NCBI GenBank assembly: GCA_051362555.1
Contig: CM120640.1
Coordinates: 48,524,788-48,588,787 of the forward strand
Reading direction: 5' to 3'
Length of the DNA stretch: 64,000 nt
DNA from: Lingula anatina
Lineage: Eukaryota > Animalia > Brachiopoda
Made by a program: the position numbers and the translations under genes. The notes beneath the pieces were generated by a model, which was not told the origin of the DNA, did no database searches, and saw nothing but the letters and a program-made list of their open reading frames with translations. Positions 1 through 12,800 of this stretch are shown here, one piece after another. Each line of letters opens with the position of its first letter. Position 1 is the first letter of the stretch.

Positions 1-838
1 ATCTGCCTATGAAATATAACACAGGTGTTAAGCTTACTTATGCCCCAATTCAGACGATTTTTTGTGTGCTTTGTCAGGATCACCAAATCAGTGCATAAGC
101 AAGCTCAGCACCTGTGACATATTTTTGGGCACATTTGGGGAAGAAAGCCAAGATATGTAGTTAATTGGTTACTCGGTTAATATATTATTTCAAGTGAACT
201 GTGTGTAAAAAGAGACAAAAATTCCAAAATAATCAACCAACTCAACGTAACTCCTTGGGAGTTCAATCCCCCCTGATGAAACCATACTAAACTAGAGATG
301 CTCAGTCAAACAATAACTTTCTTGTGAACATATCCCCTAAAGACTTTAATCAGAGAAGAATTAAAATAATATTTCAAAATATTCATCCACCAACTGCATT
401 TTATGAGTATAAAAAGCTTTTATATGTGACTGACTAGGACTTAACTCACCAGGACTCTGAAATATATACACTCCCTATATACAAATAAACTTTAACCTTA
501 ACTATTTCTTTAAAAGTAGTCCTCAGCAAAACACTTCCATATTCAGCTTTGCATGACAAAGGTATATCCGTTCAGGACCAGAAGCAATAATATAAAATTA
601 CTAAAACAATCAGCATCTCATTTTGAAAACACCTGTTATCGATTAATCCCATTATGTTGACACTGGTATAGCTTCAAACAATGTTGTCTACAGATTGCAA
701 CAAATGTTCACTCCAAATCTATTACATACATCTTAAAAGAAAATACAAGCTAGTTCTCAAATTTCATAACATCAAGTTTGGTCCTGTTTTGTTCTTTACT
801 ACTTATAACCCTTTTTCTTAAACAAGTCTCAGTTTCAC

Positions 839-3800
839 CTATATTCTGAAGCTTTCACACTTCCCATCAATATGGCTGAGACGCAGGTAGACATCTGTTC
901 CTATTCCCTGCATGCTTTCAATGGACAATTTTCCCCCAAGGTATTCAGCATAGGCCTTGGAAGCAGGTAATCCAAACCCAAACCTGAAAAAAACCAAACA
1001 CATACTCCTTACATTTAAGGTAGTCAGATTTACTATAATATTATAAATTGACAGAGAACATCAAATACTTCATATAGCTGATTAGTTCATCTTAACTTGA
1101 AATATAAAAAAAACATCAAAATTTCAGTCAGTTGTGCAAGCTGTCAATACCTCACTGTTTTTTTTTTTTTTGTTTTGTTTTGTTTTTTTTGTTTTCTTTT
1201 AATTGCACAAGACAAAAACTTGCAAATTTTGAGAAAATAATATGTAGGTGTTGGCATTTACCCTACCCTTACCCATGCATTGGTCCTGCTGCAGGTCCTT
1301 TAGAGCTCGGGTTCATGACTTCTCCAAACAGTCCACCATCCACCCTTTCATCCACCACACTGCCACTGGTGGTGAAGTGATACTCAAATACCTTGGAGGA
1401 GTGTTCATGAGGTATCCCTCCACCCCGGTCAGAGATCCTACATTATACAAGTTGAACAACGCATGGTTTGAATTCCTTCAAGTTCTTGTACTTCTTTGTC
1501 ATTAAATTGCTTTATATAGATTCAACAAAATTATTCCAATGTTATGTTTGGTTATAATCATTTAACCAAATGAGTTTGAACAACATTTATTTTGAAAAAA
1601 TAAATAAATTCACATAAATGTCTTAATGTTTGTGGGGGGTCTGATGAGTACTCACTTAAAAGTATCAAGAAAACTCACAAAATTACATGAAATCTGAAAA
1701 AAGGTTGAGCAGACTTGTTACCTTATGATAAAATCCACATCATTATTGGCTATGGTAACTACTATGTCTGGAAGACTGTTTGGGTTATCCAGATGGCTTT
1801 CAACAGTAGCCCTGCAAGAAGTGATGAAAAAATAACAATGAGTAATACCGACCTGTACTAAAACCACAAGAGGAGTGGAAAGGAGGAAGTACCGGTCCAA
1901 AAGGCCTGGATGTCATAGAACACAAGAAATAGAAATAGAGCAAGAGGCAAACTGGAAAGGAAACAATTGACAGTACAGAGCAATGGAGATGAAGCCTTTG
2001 AAAAAAAATAAATGTTATAGTGCAATCCATATAAACGCAAGTGTCTCATCTTGTACGAGTGCCATCTTTTCCCTTAGTCATTATTGGCATCTTTTACTGT
2101 CATGTGTCACTGTAAACTAATCATTTACTATGCCACTCCTACCTTTCCCTGATGTAAATACAACCACATACTTAGTTGTCATTTGTCACATTTAATGCTG
2201 TTTGTCTCTTTAAAACTGTCAAATAGTGACAGCCATGCTACTGCTGGACATGTAATTAAGATGTTTGTAGTTTGTGCTGATTAAAACCATAATAAATAAA
2301 ATGTACACATTACCATTTGAAAAACAATCTTTCAATCAATCACTTAGAAATTTTTACAGTTTACTCAAATTAGCTTGTTACCACCACTTCAACACACCTC
2401 ATTCCATTCTTAAGCAGCTCTCCTAGTATATAATCTATAGGTTGTGCAATATATGGAAAGGTTGCATTTAGATGTCCGTTCACTTTCACGTTGGGTGCTT
2501 TGCCATACTTATATTCACATAGACCTCTGGAAAAAAAAGAAAATTCAGTAAATACACAAAACAACTTTTTCATTTTTACAAGGCACAAATCCTAACACTG
2601 TTGCTTGTCAAAAAAACTCATATCTCAATAAAAATTCCATTTAGGTTTTCTAAACAGTACACATATCCTAATTTATATTCATATAGGAAATGTGTGCTGG
2701 ATTTCAAGTGAAAAACAGTTGGGTTTTTTTTTTTTTTTTTTTTAGCAATCTTGGTGAGCTCCTCTCAATACTTATTTGAAATGAAATCTTATGTGATCAT
2801 CACAGTAAGTGTGAAAAGAAATCATAAAAATAACTTTAGGTCACCTTTTAAACTACATGTATGTTGAAGTTCACAACATATGATTCACTGATAAAACCGT
2901 GTTCAGCTACACATGTGAGTACACATATTAATGCTTTTTTAAACAACGTTATGCTTGTTCACTGCATGAAATAGAATCTGTGTCATTGTAATAAAGCTCA
3001 AGGTGAAATCCTCACAAACACATCTTATGAGTCCAATAAGGTGAACTCTTTTTCAAATTAGGTGGTTCAAGGTCACGGTCTTTTTTCAATCCATCATGTT
3101 CACAGGCTAGAGACAGACTGGCAACTGACAGAGACATCTGTCACAGTTCCTTACATTTAACTAAATACCCAGGTATTTTGAGGTCTTCAAAAAGCACATG
3201 AACCTTCAAATATAATAGGTTTCATTGACATAAAATGAAAACTGTAGGGGATGACCAGATAATTCAACCACATTTTTAAGTACTTTTACATTTTATAATT
3301 GACTTTTCAGTCAATTTGTAATAAATTGATCTAAGGGGGGATATTCAAGTACACAAAGACCTGATGTAGTCTGTGTGTGTACAAAGTTTCCTTGAAGCTA
3401 ATAAAAACTGCAGAAAATGGCCAGACATGAATGCACCCATTGGGATGGACATACAAGCCAATTCCAGAGGAGGTAGGGAATACAAGAAGTCAACTGTGAA
3501 TGTTTTTAGAAACCATGGGTCTACAACCTGTTTCAATGAACACAGACAATGCCAACACTCCCACACCAGACTGGGCTGGTTACATGGCCGAAAATGAATT
3601 GACCAATTTGAATCAAAAGGTACCAAATAAATACTGTAGTCTGTGCTCATTTTGAATCACATTATATCATCAATGCCAGCTAGTGACCTGAATGTAAAGT
3701 ATATTAAGCCTTTGCCATTAATGAATAGAACAATGTTTGTTTGGTAAGTTATTTGACAAACTCAACCTTATTCTCTATTCAGGTAAATTATGCATGACTT

Positions 3801-6800
3801 AACAGTAACTTTGTGTTATAAATCCTTGCACTACACTAAAAAGGAGCCCACAAACTACATGTATAATGAAAATGAAATTGTATCTGCAAGTTAACATTTC
3901 AGGCACAATATTTCTTTTTTTTTTCATTAGAAAAAGGGTGTTCTAGATTTAGATTCACCTCGCAAAATCTGCTCTTCTTTCAATAAGTTTCCTTGGTTGA
4001 AAGTTAACACAGATGATGCCTTTGAAACCTGGCTGTAAAGGAAAAAAGGTTTAAGTATTTGGCATGCACATAAAATTATTGACAGCAATGAAACATTTAA
4101 CCAAAATTGCCAAACCATTAAACATATATGTTATTTGCTACATTCTAATCTGGATATACAGTTTTAAATCTACATAAACAATTCACCTTATCTTTCTTGT
4201 CAACTCACCTTAATCAGTATAATCTGTGTGAAGGTGTACCATAAGTAAAACTATTACACCTTGTAGACATTGTTAGTTATTTTAAAGGGAGTGTAGCCAA
4301 ATGTCATCAGCTTAATCTTTATTTTTTATCTCCTGCTCAAAGGTTTCAAGGCATATAAAATCTTTTTTTAAATAATGAAATCACTAACTGTATTCAAAAT
4401 TACATTATTGTGGAACATGGTAATGTCAGTGATGCATGTAAACATTCACTGGGCTTGAGCTAAATGAAACTAGAGGATCAGAGAGGCAATACCGCCTCCG
4501 GATATTGTACCACCAGCTGGAGTAAGCGCATTCTTATGGAACCCCCCCCCCCAAAAAAAGGGCTTGACAAGCTCTATAAAATGCAATCAACAAGAGTTCT
4601 CAAAATATGCCAAAAAATATGAATCAAAATGGTACAATCAAGCAGATTTTCGAACTGACCTGCATTTTCCTACCATTGATCACTCCTGTGATTCTCTAGA
4701 CAAAAGGCCTATTGGTTTTCCTTAAAATGTGTTGTCAGTGGTGCATATATGCTGACAAAAGAGAAAACTTAGGGGCAACACCAGGCACATCTCTGCTAAT
4801 TTTAAAGATATGAGGAGCAAGAAAATATGCAAAGCTCAGTTCATGGTGAAAAAGTAGGTCAAAGTCAATTTCAACATCATAGTATATGAATTTCTATTCA
4901 AGTTCAATAGTAACCATGGGCATTTCTTTTCAAGTTTTGCAGATTTAAAGGCCAGAAAACATGCAAAAAGCAGTTCATCATAAAAATTAGGTCAAAGGTC
5001 AATTTCAAGGTCACAGTTAGATTGCCAGTGTATTACTTCCTATTCAAGTTCAATAGTAACTATGGACCTTTCTCTGCCAGTTTTGGAGATAAAAGGGAAT
5101 GGAAATTTGCAAAGTTCAGTTCATGGTAAAAAGTAGGTCGAAGGTTAATTTTAAGGTCACAGTAAATTGCCAGTATATGACTTCCTATTCAAGTTCAATA
5201 GTAACTATGGGCATATCTTTTCCAGTTTTGAAAGTATAAGCATTAAAAAAGTTGCAAAGTTCAGTTCATGGTAAAAAGTAGGTCAAAGGTCAATTTCAAG
5301 GTCACAGATAAATTGCCAGTATGTGACTTCCTATTCAACTTCAATAGTAACTATAGACCTATCTCTGCCAGTTTTGGAAATAAAAGGGAACCAAAATTTG
5401 CAAAGTTCAATTCATGATGAAAATTAGGTCAAAGGTCAATTTAAAGGTCACTCCTAGATTGCCAGTATATGACTTCCTATTCAAGTTCAATAGTAACTAT
5501 GGACCTATCTCTGCCAGTTTTGGAGATAAAAGGGAACAAAATTTTGCAAAGTTCAGTTCATGGTAAAAAGTAGGTCAAAGGTCAATTTTAAGGTCACAGT
5601 AAATTGCCAGTATGTGACTTCCTATTCAAGTTCAATAGTAACTATGGACATATGTCTGCAAGTTTTAGAGAGAAAAGGGAACCAAAATTTGCAAAGTTCA
5701 GTTCATGGTGTAAAGTAGGTCAGAGGTCAATTTCAAGGTCACAGTTTGATTGCCAGTATATGACTTCCTACTCAAGTTCAACAGTAGCTATGGGCGTATC
5801 TTTGCCAGTTTAAGAGATATAAGGGCTAGAAAATTTGCAAAGTTCAGTTCATGGTGAAAATTAGGTCAGAGGTCAATTTCAGGATCACAGTTAGATTACA
5901 AGTATATGACTTCCTATTCAAGTTCAATAGTAACTATGGGCATATCTTTGCCAGTTTTGGAGATATAAAAATCAGAAAACTTGCAAAGTGCAGTTCATCA
6001 TGAAAAGTAGGTCAAAGGTCAATTTCAAGGTCAGTTAGATTACAAGTATATGACTTCCTATTCAAGTTCAATAGTAACTATGGGCGTATCTCTGCTAATT
6101 TTGTAGTATTTCACATTTTATTTTCACCACTAAATATTGGATGTTGAAATGTCGATATAGTACAATGCCTAAGCCGTATCGAAAACAAAAAACGGACACC
6201 ACCTTCAGTGTTGCGCTTGACAAGCTCTACAAAATGCAAAAAACAACAGGTCTCTGGCATTAACAGTTCCAGAATTTGAGAGAGTTTTCAGTTTTGGCAT
6301 CTAATGGCCGCTACTCCCGTGAAAATGCACCGATTGACCCCAAACTCACGAAGATGAAAGAAGACCCTAAGGGTAACACCTGTCCATAATATTATAAGTA
6401 AGATCTGTGAAGTTTCTGAAAATCGGCATAAAATAATAATTTTTTTGCAAAAAATTCCCATTTCTAGAAAATTTTGGCCCGTTTGACCTTGAAATAAAGG
6501 TCAAAGGTCAAATCCAAGGGCATATTTGAAATCTCCACATATGACTTTCGGTCAGCCATCTGTAGAAATTTTTCACATAATTCCTTCGGTATGGGAGATA
6601 TTTAGCATTGAATTTTCAAAAATTTTGACAAGGGTGCATTATAACGAGTGCCACGCCCAGGCCAATGCACCGACTGAGACAAAAAGACCAGGGGGCTCAA
6701 GTTGAGATTATATGTGACCAAAATCCAAGAGATGGGGACACAGGTCCTTGCGGTCTAGGAGGAGAAGCGGTAACGGTGACTTGTATCCCACGCCATCCTG

Positions 6801-9800
6801 CGGAGCTGCAGGAGCCGGCGGAGCCGCAGGAGCCGCAGGAGCCGGCGGAGCTGTACGAGACGGGTCGGGACTAAAACCATGAGTACCGCCAGCGTACACG
6901 CTGGTGGTACTAATAAAACTGGTCTTAAAAAACATTTCTTTTTATGTTTAAATTTTGGAGGGTATTTTGAAGTTTGTAACTCAATAAATCAATGATTGGT
7001 TAGTGTTAGGTATTGTTCAGGACTACAGGTAATATATAACTATTTCGAAATAAAAAAATCTAGTTTACAGCTAGTTTATTTTAGCATTATCTCACCTTAT
7101 CATCGTGTATGGCTAGGTGATGTTCTGCTAACATCCTAATTCCTAAACGGGATGTTAAGGTCCTATCAATGAATGTCTTGATCATTGCTTTATCCTTGAA
7201 AATAATTATTTGCATTTCGTAGTACAATACATACGTAAACAACAGATAATTTTTAAAAATTAACAACTGCATTTTGTTTATATTACAAACTAGAGGATCA
7301 GAGAGGCGATACCGCCTCCGGATATTGTACCACCAGCTGGAGTAAGCGCATTCGAATGGAACCACCCCTCCCCCCCCCCAAAAAAAAAGAACACCACTAC
7401 CAGTCTTGTCCTTGACAAGCTCTATGCAGTTAACAAGAATTTCCAAAATATGCAGAAAAAAAAAAGAAAAAACATAACATAAAAATGGTCCAATCAAGCG
7501 GATTTTCCAATTGGCCTGTATTTTCATAAACATTGATCACCCCTGTGATTTTCTAGACAATAGGCCTATTGGTTTTCCTTGAAATATGTTATCAGTGTTG
7601 CATATATGCTGACAAAAGAGAAAACATAAGGGCAACACTGAGCATATCTCTGCTAGTTTTGAAGATATGAGGGGCAAGAAAATATGCAAAGGTCAGTTCA
7701 TGGTATATGATTTCCTATTCAAGTTAATAGTAACTATGGTTATCTCCTTACTAATTTTGGAGATAAAGAGGCCAGAAAACATGCAAAGTACAGTTCATCA
7801 TAAAAAGTAGGTCAAAGGTCAATTTCAAGGTCACAGATTGCCAGTATTTGATTTCCTGTTCAGGTTCAATAGTAACTATGGGTGTATCTCTGCCAGTTTT
7901 TGAGATATAAGGGAGAAAATTTTTGCAAAGTTCAGTTCATGGTGAAAAGTAGGTCAAAGGTCAATTTAAAGGTCACAGTTAGATTGCCAACAGTAACTAT
8001 GGACATATATCTGCCAGTTTTAGAGATGTGCGGGCCAGAAAACATGCACAGTTTATAATAAAAAATAGGTCAAAGGTCAATTTCAAGGTCACAGTTAGAT
8101 TGCCAGTATATGACTTCCAATTCAAGTTCAATAGTAACTATGGACATATCTTTGCCAGTTTTGGAGATATAAAGATCAGCAAACTTGCAAAGTGCAGTAC
8201 ATCATGAAAAGTAGGTCAAAGGTCATTTTCAAGGTCACAGTTAGATTTTCAGTATATGACTTCCTATTCAAGTTCAATAGTAACTAAGGGCTTATCTCTG
8301 CTAATTTTTGAGTAATTCACATTTTATTTTTACCACTGAATTTTGATGCTGAACTTTTTGATATAGTGCAATCAAAAACAAATAAATGGACACCACCCCC
8401 AGTGTTGCCCGTGACAAGTTCTACAAAATACAAAAAACAAGAGGTCTCTAGCATTAATGGTTCCAGAATTAGAGAGAATTTTCAGTTTCGGCATCTAATG
8501 GCTGCTATTACCATGAAAATGCACCGATTGACCTCAAACTCACGAAAATGAAAGATGACCCTAAGGGTAACACCTGCCAATAATATTATAGGTAAGATCT
8601 GTTTCGTTTCTTAATATCGGCTGAAATAAAAGTTTTCTCGCAAAAAATTACCATTTTTAGAAATTTTTGGCCAGTTTGACCTTGAAATAAAGGTCAAAGG
8701 TCAAATCCAAGGGCATATTTGAAATCCTCACATATGACTTTCGGTCAGCCATCTGTAGTAATTTTTCCCATAATTCCATTGGTTTGGGAGATATTTAGCA
8801 TTGAATTTTCAAAATTTTTGACAAGGGTCCATTTCAACAAGCGTCATGCCCAGGTCAATGCACCAACTGAGACAAAAAAACCTGGGGGTTCAAGTTGAGA
8901 TTATATGTGACCTAAATCCAAGAGATGGGGACACAGGTCCTTGTGGTCTAGGAGGAGAAGCGGTAACGGTGACTCGTATCCCACGTCATCCTGCGGAGCC
9001 GCAGGAGCCGCAGGAGCCGCAGGAGCCGGCGGAGCCGGCGGAGCTGTACGAGACGGGTCGGGACTAAAACCATGAGTACCGCCAGCGTACACGCTGGTGG
9101 TACTAATTATTAATTTAAAATAGGTATAGTACAAGTAGCCAATTTGATGGGATTCCTATCATAAAAGAAAAGGCAGGAAATTAAAGTAATGCAAATCCAA
9201 CAGCAATTTTCTTTTACTGAAAAGACAATCAAAAATAATAAAAATCTTCTTCAAAGTTACCTCAATGTGTTTACTGCTTTCCTTGAATCCCTCAGCTAAC
9301 ATTGTGACAACATCCCTATAGTCATCTAACAGTTTCCTAAGCAATCTGCAATATCTGGCTTCATCCTCGAAATTTTTGATCTGAAAAAAAATCAAATATT
9401 AAAGACCTCTTCATTTCACTTTATGCAACCAGCAGTTACCCAATTAAGCTACTAAGAGGAGTTCATTATTTTAGGATTTTTTCCTTATCCTTTTAGATAA
9501 TGCAGAAAAAAGCATTGTCATGTTGTAAAATGATCCTGTCACATCAAAAATGCACCAGGTAAACTTGCTCTTTTTAGCTGATGACAAAAGACTGCTTTCA
9601 AGTTGAACAGTTTTAATGCCAATTTAATCACAAAAGTGTAACAAGTCGGTGCCAGATTTTCTTGAAGGCTTACTTCTAATTTTCATCAATAAAAAGCAAA
9701 ATTAATGCATTTATTTAAGATGTATTTGAAGTCAAATTATTGCAAAAAAATTTTTTTTTCATTCTTTGTTAAGTTTAACTTAATTTTTCTCTGAAAAATT

Positions 9801-12800
9801 ACCTTTGGTTGAGGGTATATAATAAAGTAAGTGTTGTTAATGTCCTCTGGTCAGTAATAAATAGATTAAACCATGAAATATGTATATCCAAGTCAAAAAA
9901 CCAACCAGCCACTGACCCTGAACTCCCTCAACTAGTAATGATCCAAGGCCATGGTTTTAATAAAGCCAACTCCACTAAATATGTTGAAAAAACAAACTAG
10001 GTTGATGGATACCAAAACAAATTTTTTTTTTGTTTTCAATCATGCCAACAATAAATTATGCTTCTTTTTTCCTATCCCATACAATCAATTTTAAATGAAA
10101 TATGTTCAATTGCTTCTTACTTTAACCTAATCAATTGAAATCAGACAAATTTATTGATTAAGGCTAACATTTTCTCAAATTTTCTCTTTTTCTTTAATCA
10201 GCATGTTATTTTGAGTCAAAGAAAAACATTTTAGTATTTAACCAACCTCTTTGTACATGCATTGTTATGATTCACTATGACAAAAAAGTTATATAACATC
10301 CATAATAAATTTATGGCAATGTGGTAACAGCATACAACCTTGAGAGAACAACTCACCTCAGGAAATTCTGTTAGCATCTGAAAAGCTTTGATGTACATTT
10401 CATGCTGGAAAGAAATAATTGGCAATAATATCATGACGAACGAAATGAAACTGTACAAGATAACATGACGAAAACAAATTCACTATTAATATTAAACTCA
10501 TCAATATTTTTTTCCTTTCATATATTTCTTATATTACAAACATAACATTAGTATATTCACATGAAATATGGTGTACAGTACCTTCATGAAGTGCCTTAAT
10601 ATATGATTACTATTTCAATTATTAAAGTGAATTCTTGAAAAAAATTTACATGGCATAAAACATCTAGTACAGACCATACTGCTCTGATAGGTAAAATCAA
10701 AATGACTTACTACTGAAATAATTGTAGGGTTACAGCCCACAATGAATGGTAGGTTTCTGAAGGCTACAACACGATGAGCAATGCGGACTGGAAGTTCTTT
10801 ATGGAGATACTGGGCACTGCGCTGAAATAATGGTTAATTTTATGACACATCAGAAAAGAAAATTATTGCATTACTGCATATAACACTTAGTTTTCTTTTC
10901 AGTTATAACAGATTTTGTACCTGGGGAGGGGACTTTATTTACAGATCATTTATACATCCTGAATTTGACAAAAAGAACTAATTTACTAACAGTGAAAGCA
11001 TTTTTCAAGGAAACATTATATAAAAAAAAAAAAAAAAAAATGTCCCTAGAAGGTAAGACTTTTTTTCAGTATGCCATGACAACATTCAAACTTCAATAAT
11101 ATATTTGTTTGCAAAGCACTTCACTTCATTCCTACCATGTTTTGGTCTCTCAAACTTTTGCAATTTAAAGAATCTTTTTATTAAAAACCAATTCTGGGGT
11201 GGCAGGGATATTGTGATAAAGATTAAGAGATAAAAAAACTTAGATATGAAAAAAACATGAAAAATTCTAATGCTATTTTAAATGATGGGTAATGGCACTT
11301 CAAAAGTTTAGTGTTTACAACTACCCTGCTAAATACTTGTACAGGAACTCTTTGCACATATCTCCTGTTCTGTAAGTGTGCACTGTGAAACTTAAACCCC
11401 TTAGTTTAGACAATAAAACAAGCACTGGTTTAAAATCATTTGTCACATTCCCTATGGTACACATAGCAGACCACTTTAATTCTAAATATCTAGCTCACAT
11501 ATTCATCTATCACATAGTATCACTATGAGCTAGTTTTAAATGCTCACTCTTCTTAATTTTGGTTATACTTTCTTTTTGAAAATTAACTTTGACATTTTTT
11601 ATACCAATTATTTAAATATTCTAAAATGGTTTCCTGTCTAGACAGATTTTCTCTACATATCTTATTTAAATGACTTGCTACAATGACACAATACAATATT
11701 TCACTTCTGATAGCACACATCATTTCCTTTTAAATACTGTCTAATCATAGAATCACAAATTTTGATAGCAATCTCAGTTTCTTGATGTCCTCAGATCCTC
11801 CTTAAGGCCAGAAAAATAATTACAGGTCTAACTACATCATCAAAGTTGGTTTACATAATATTACATAAAAGGCAGTCTTTAGTCCAGGTAGAGCCAAGTA
11901 ATTAAGTCACAGACTGTGGTCAACCACATGGCTTTCAAAGGGACCAACCCAATGACAGCCTGTCATATATATATTGGTCAGCTGATAACAAAATCACAAA
12001 AGACCAGTCTTTGCACTTCTATACTGACTAACCTACAGCAATAAACTGTGTCTAGGAACCTACTAGTATACAGGCAATGTCCAATTTATATCCAAGGAGA
12101 GATAACTCTATACATCATCAGACCGACTCAGATTGCATTAATTTTTATTCACACTTGATACAAATTTAAATTTAAAAAAAAATCTATACATTAAAGGATT
12201 TTCACCTTAAGGTATTTTAAGTCACTGCCTTAGAAAATTTACCCAAGTGCAATATTTTCAGCATTTTTGTCTTTCAGACACAAATAGTGGAACACAACTA
12301 TCAAAGCAAACATCATGGCAATGACTGTTGCATGCAATGTTGCGGGCTATGTTTACTAATCAAAATCAAACTAGCATACGATATACATGGGTGAAAGTTG
12401 TAAAAACTGAAAAATACTGAGAATGTTACTAGCAAATTCTCATCAAATTTAGGCAAGAAAAAACAATCAAAATGAAGACTGAAAATCTTGAAATACGGCA
12501 TGATCCTAAAAACATTTACCCACGCATATATCAAGCAACTGCTCCTAAGGCTTTGTTTCAAGGCAAATAAAACATCCCTCCCTGATATTGATTACCAAAA
12601 TGCACACATGAATCTTTGTATGTATAATACAGCTTGCAAGTTAAACTAGTCTATATAGTAAGCACATTCACTTCGTACAATACAGATCAAATTCCATGTA
12701 ATGTGAAAGACACTAACATCATTTCGCTAGTCTCAGGATTTGGATGTAAGCCATATAAAACAGTCTTTCTACATTGATTTCCGCTGAGTGCAGGTGACCC

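Noticed and set aside
255-275. B-box-like GTTCAATCCCC (tRNA/SINE)
   Set aside because: No A-box or cloverleaf could be built.
1628-1682. CTGATGAG..GAAA hammerhead-like motif in a BCKDK intron
   Set aside because: There are extra bases between stem II and GAAA, and no three-way junction or cleavage triplet.
4790-6100. Regularly spaced conserved blocks resembling a CRISPR array
   Set aside because: The whole 146-bp unit is repeated with no unique spacers, the context is a eukaryotic intron, and there are no cas genes.
6665-9134. Paired ORFs with EPQ/PAAP repeats (6665-6874, 6708-6935, 8846-9067, 8901-9134)
   Set aside because: They are by-products of the 9-bp GC-rich microsatellite inside the two HINE copies and have no domain similarity.
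9867-9959. TAAACCATG...CCATGGTTTTA, possible CpG-decayed copy of the hairpin family
   Set aside because: The interior lacks the conserved core; the similarity is too short to support.
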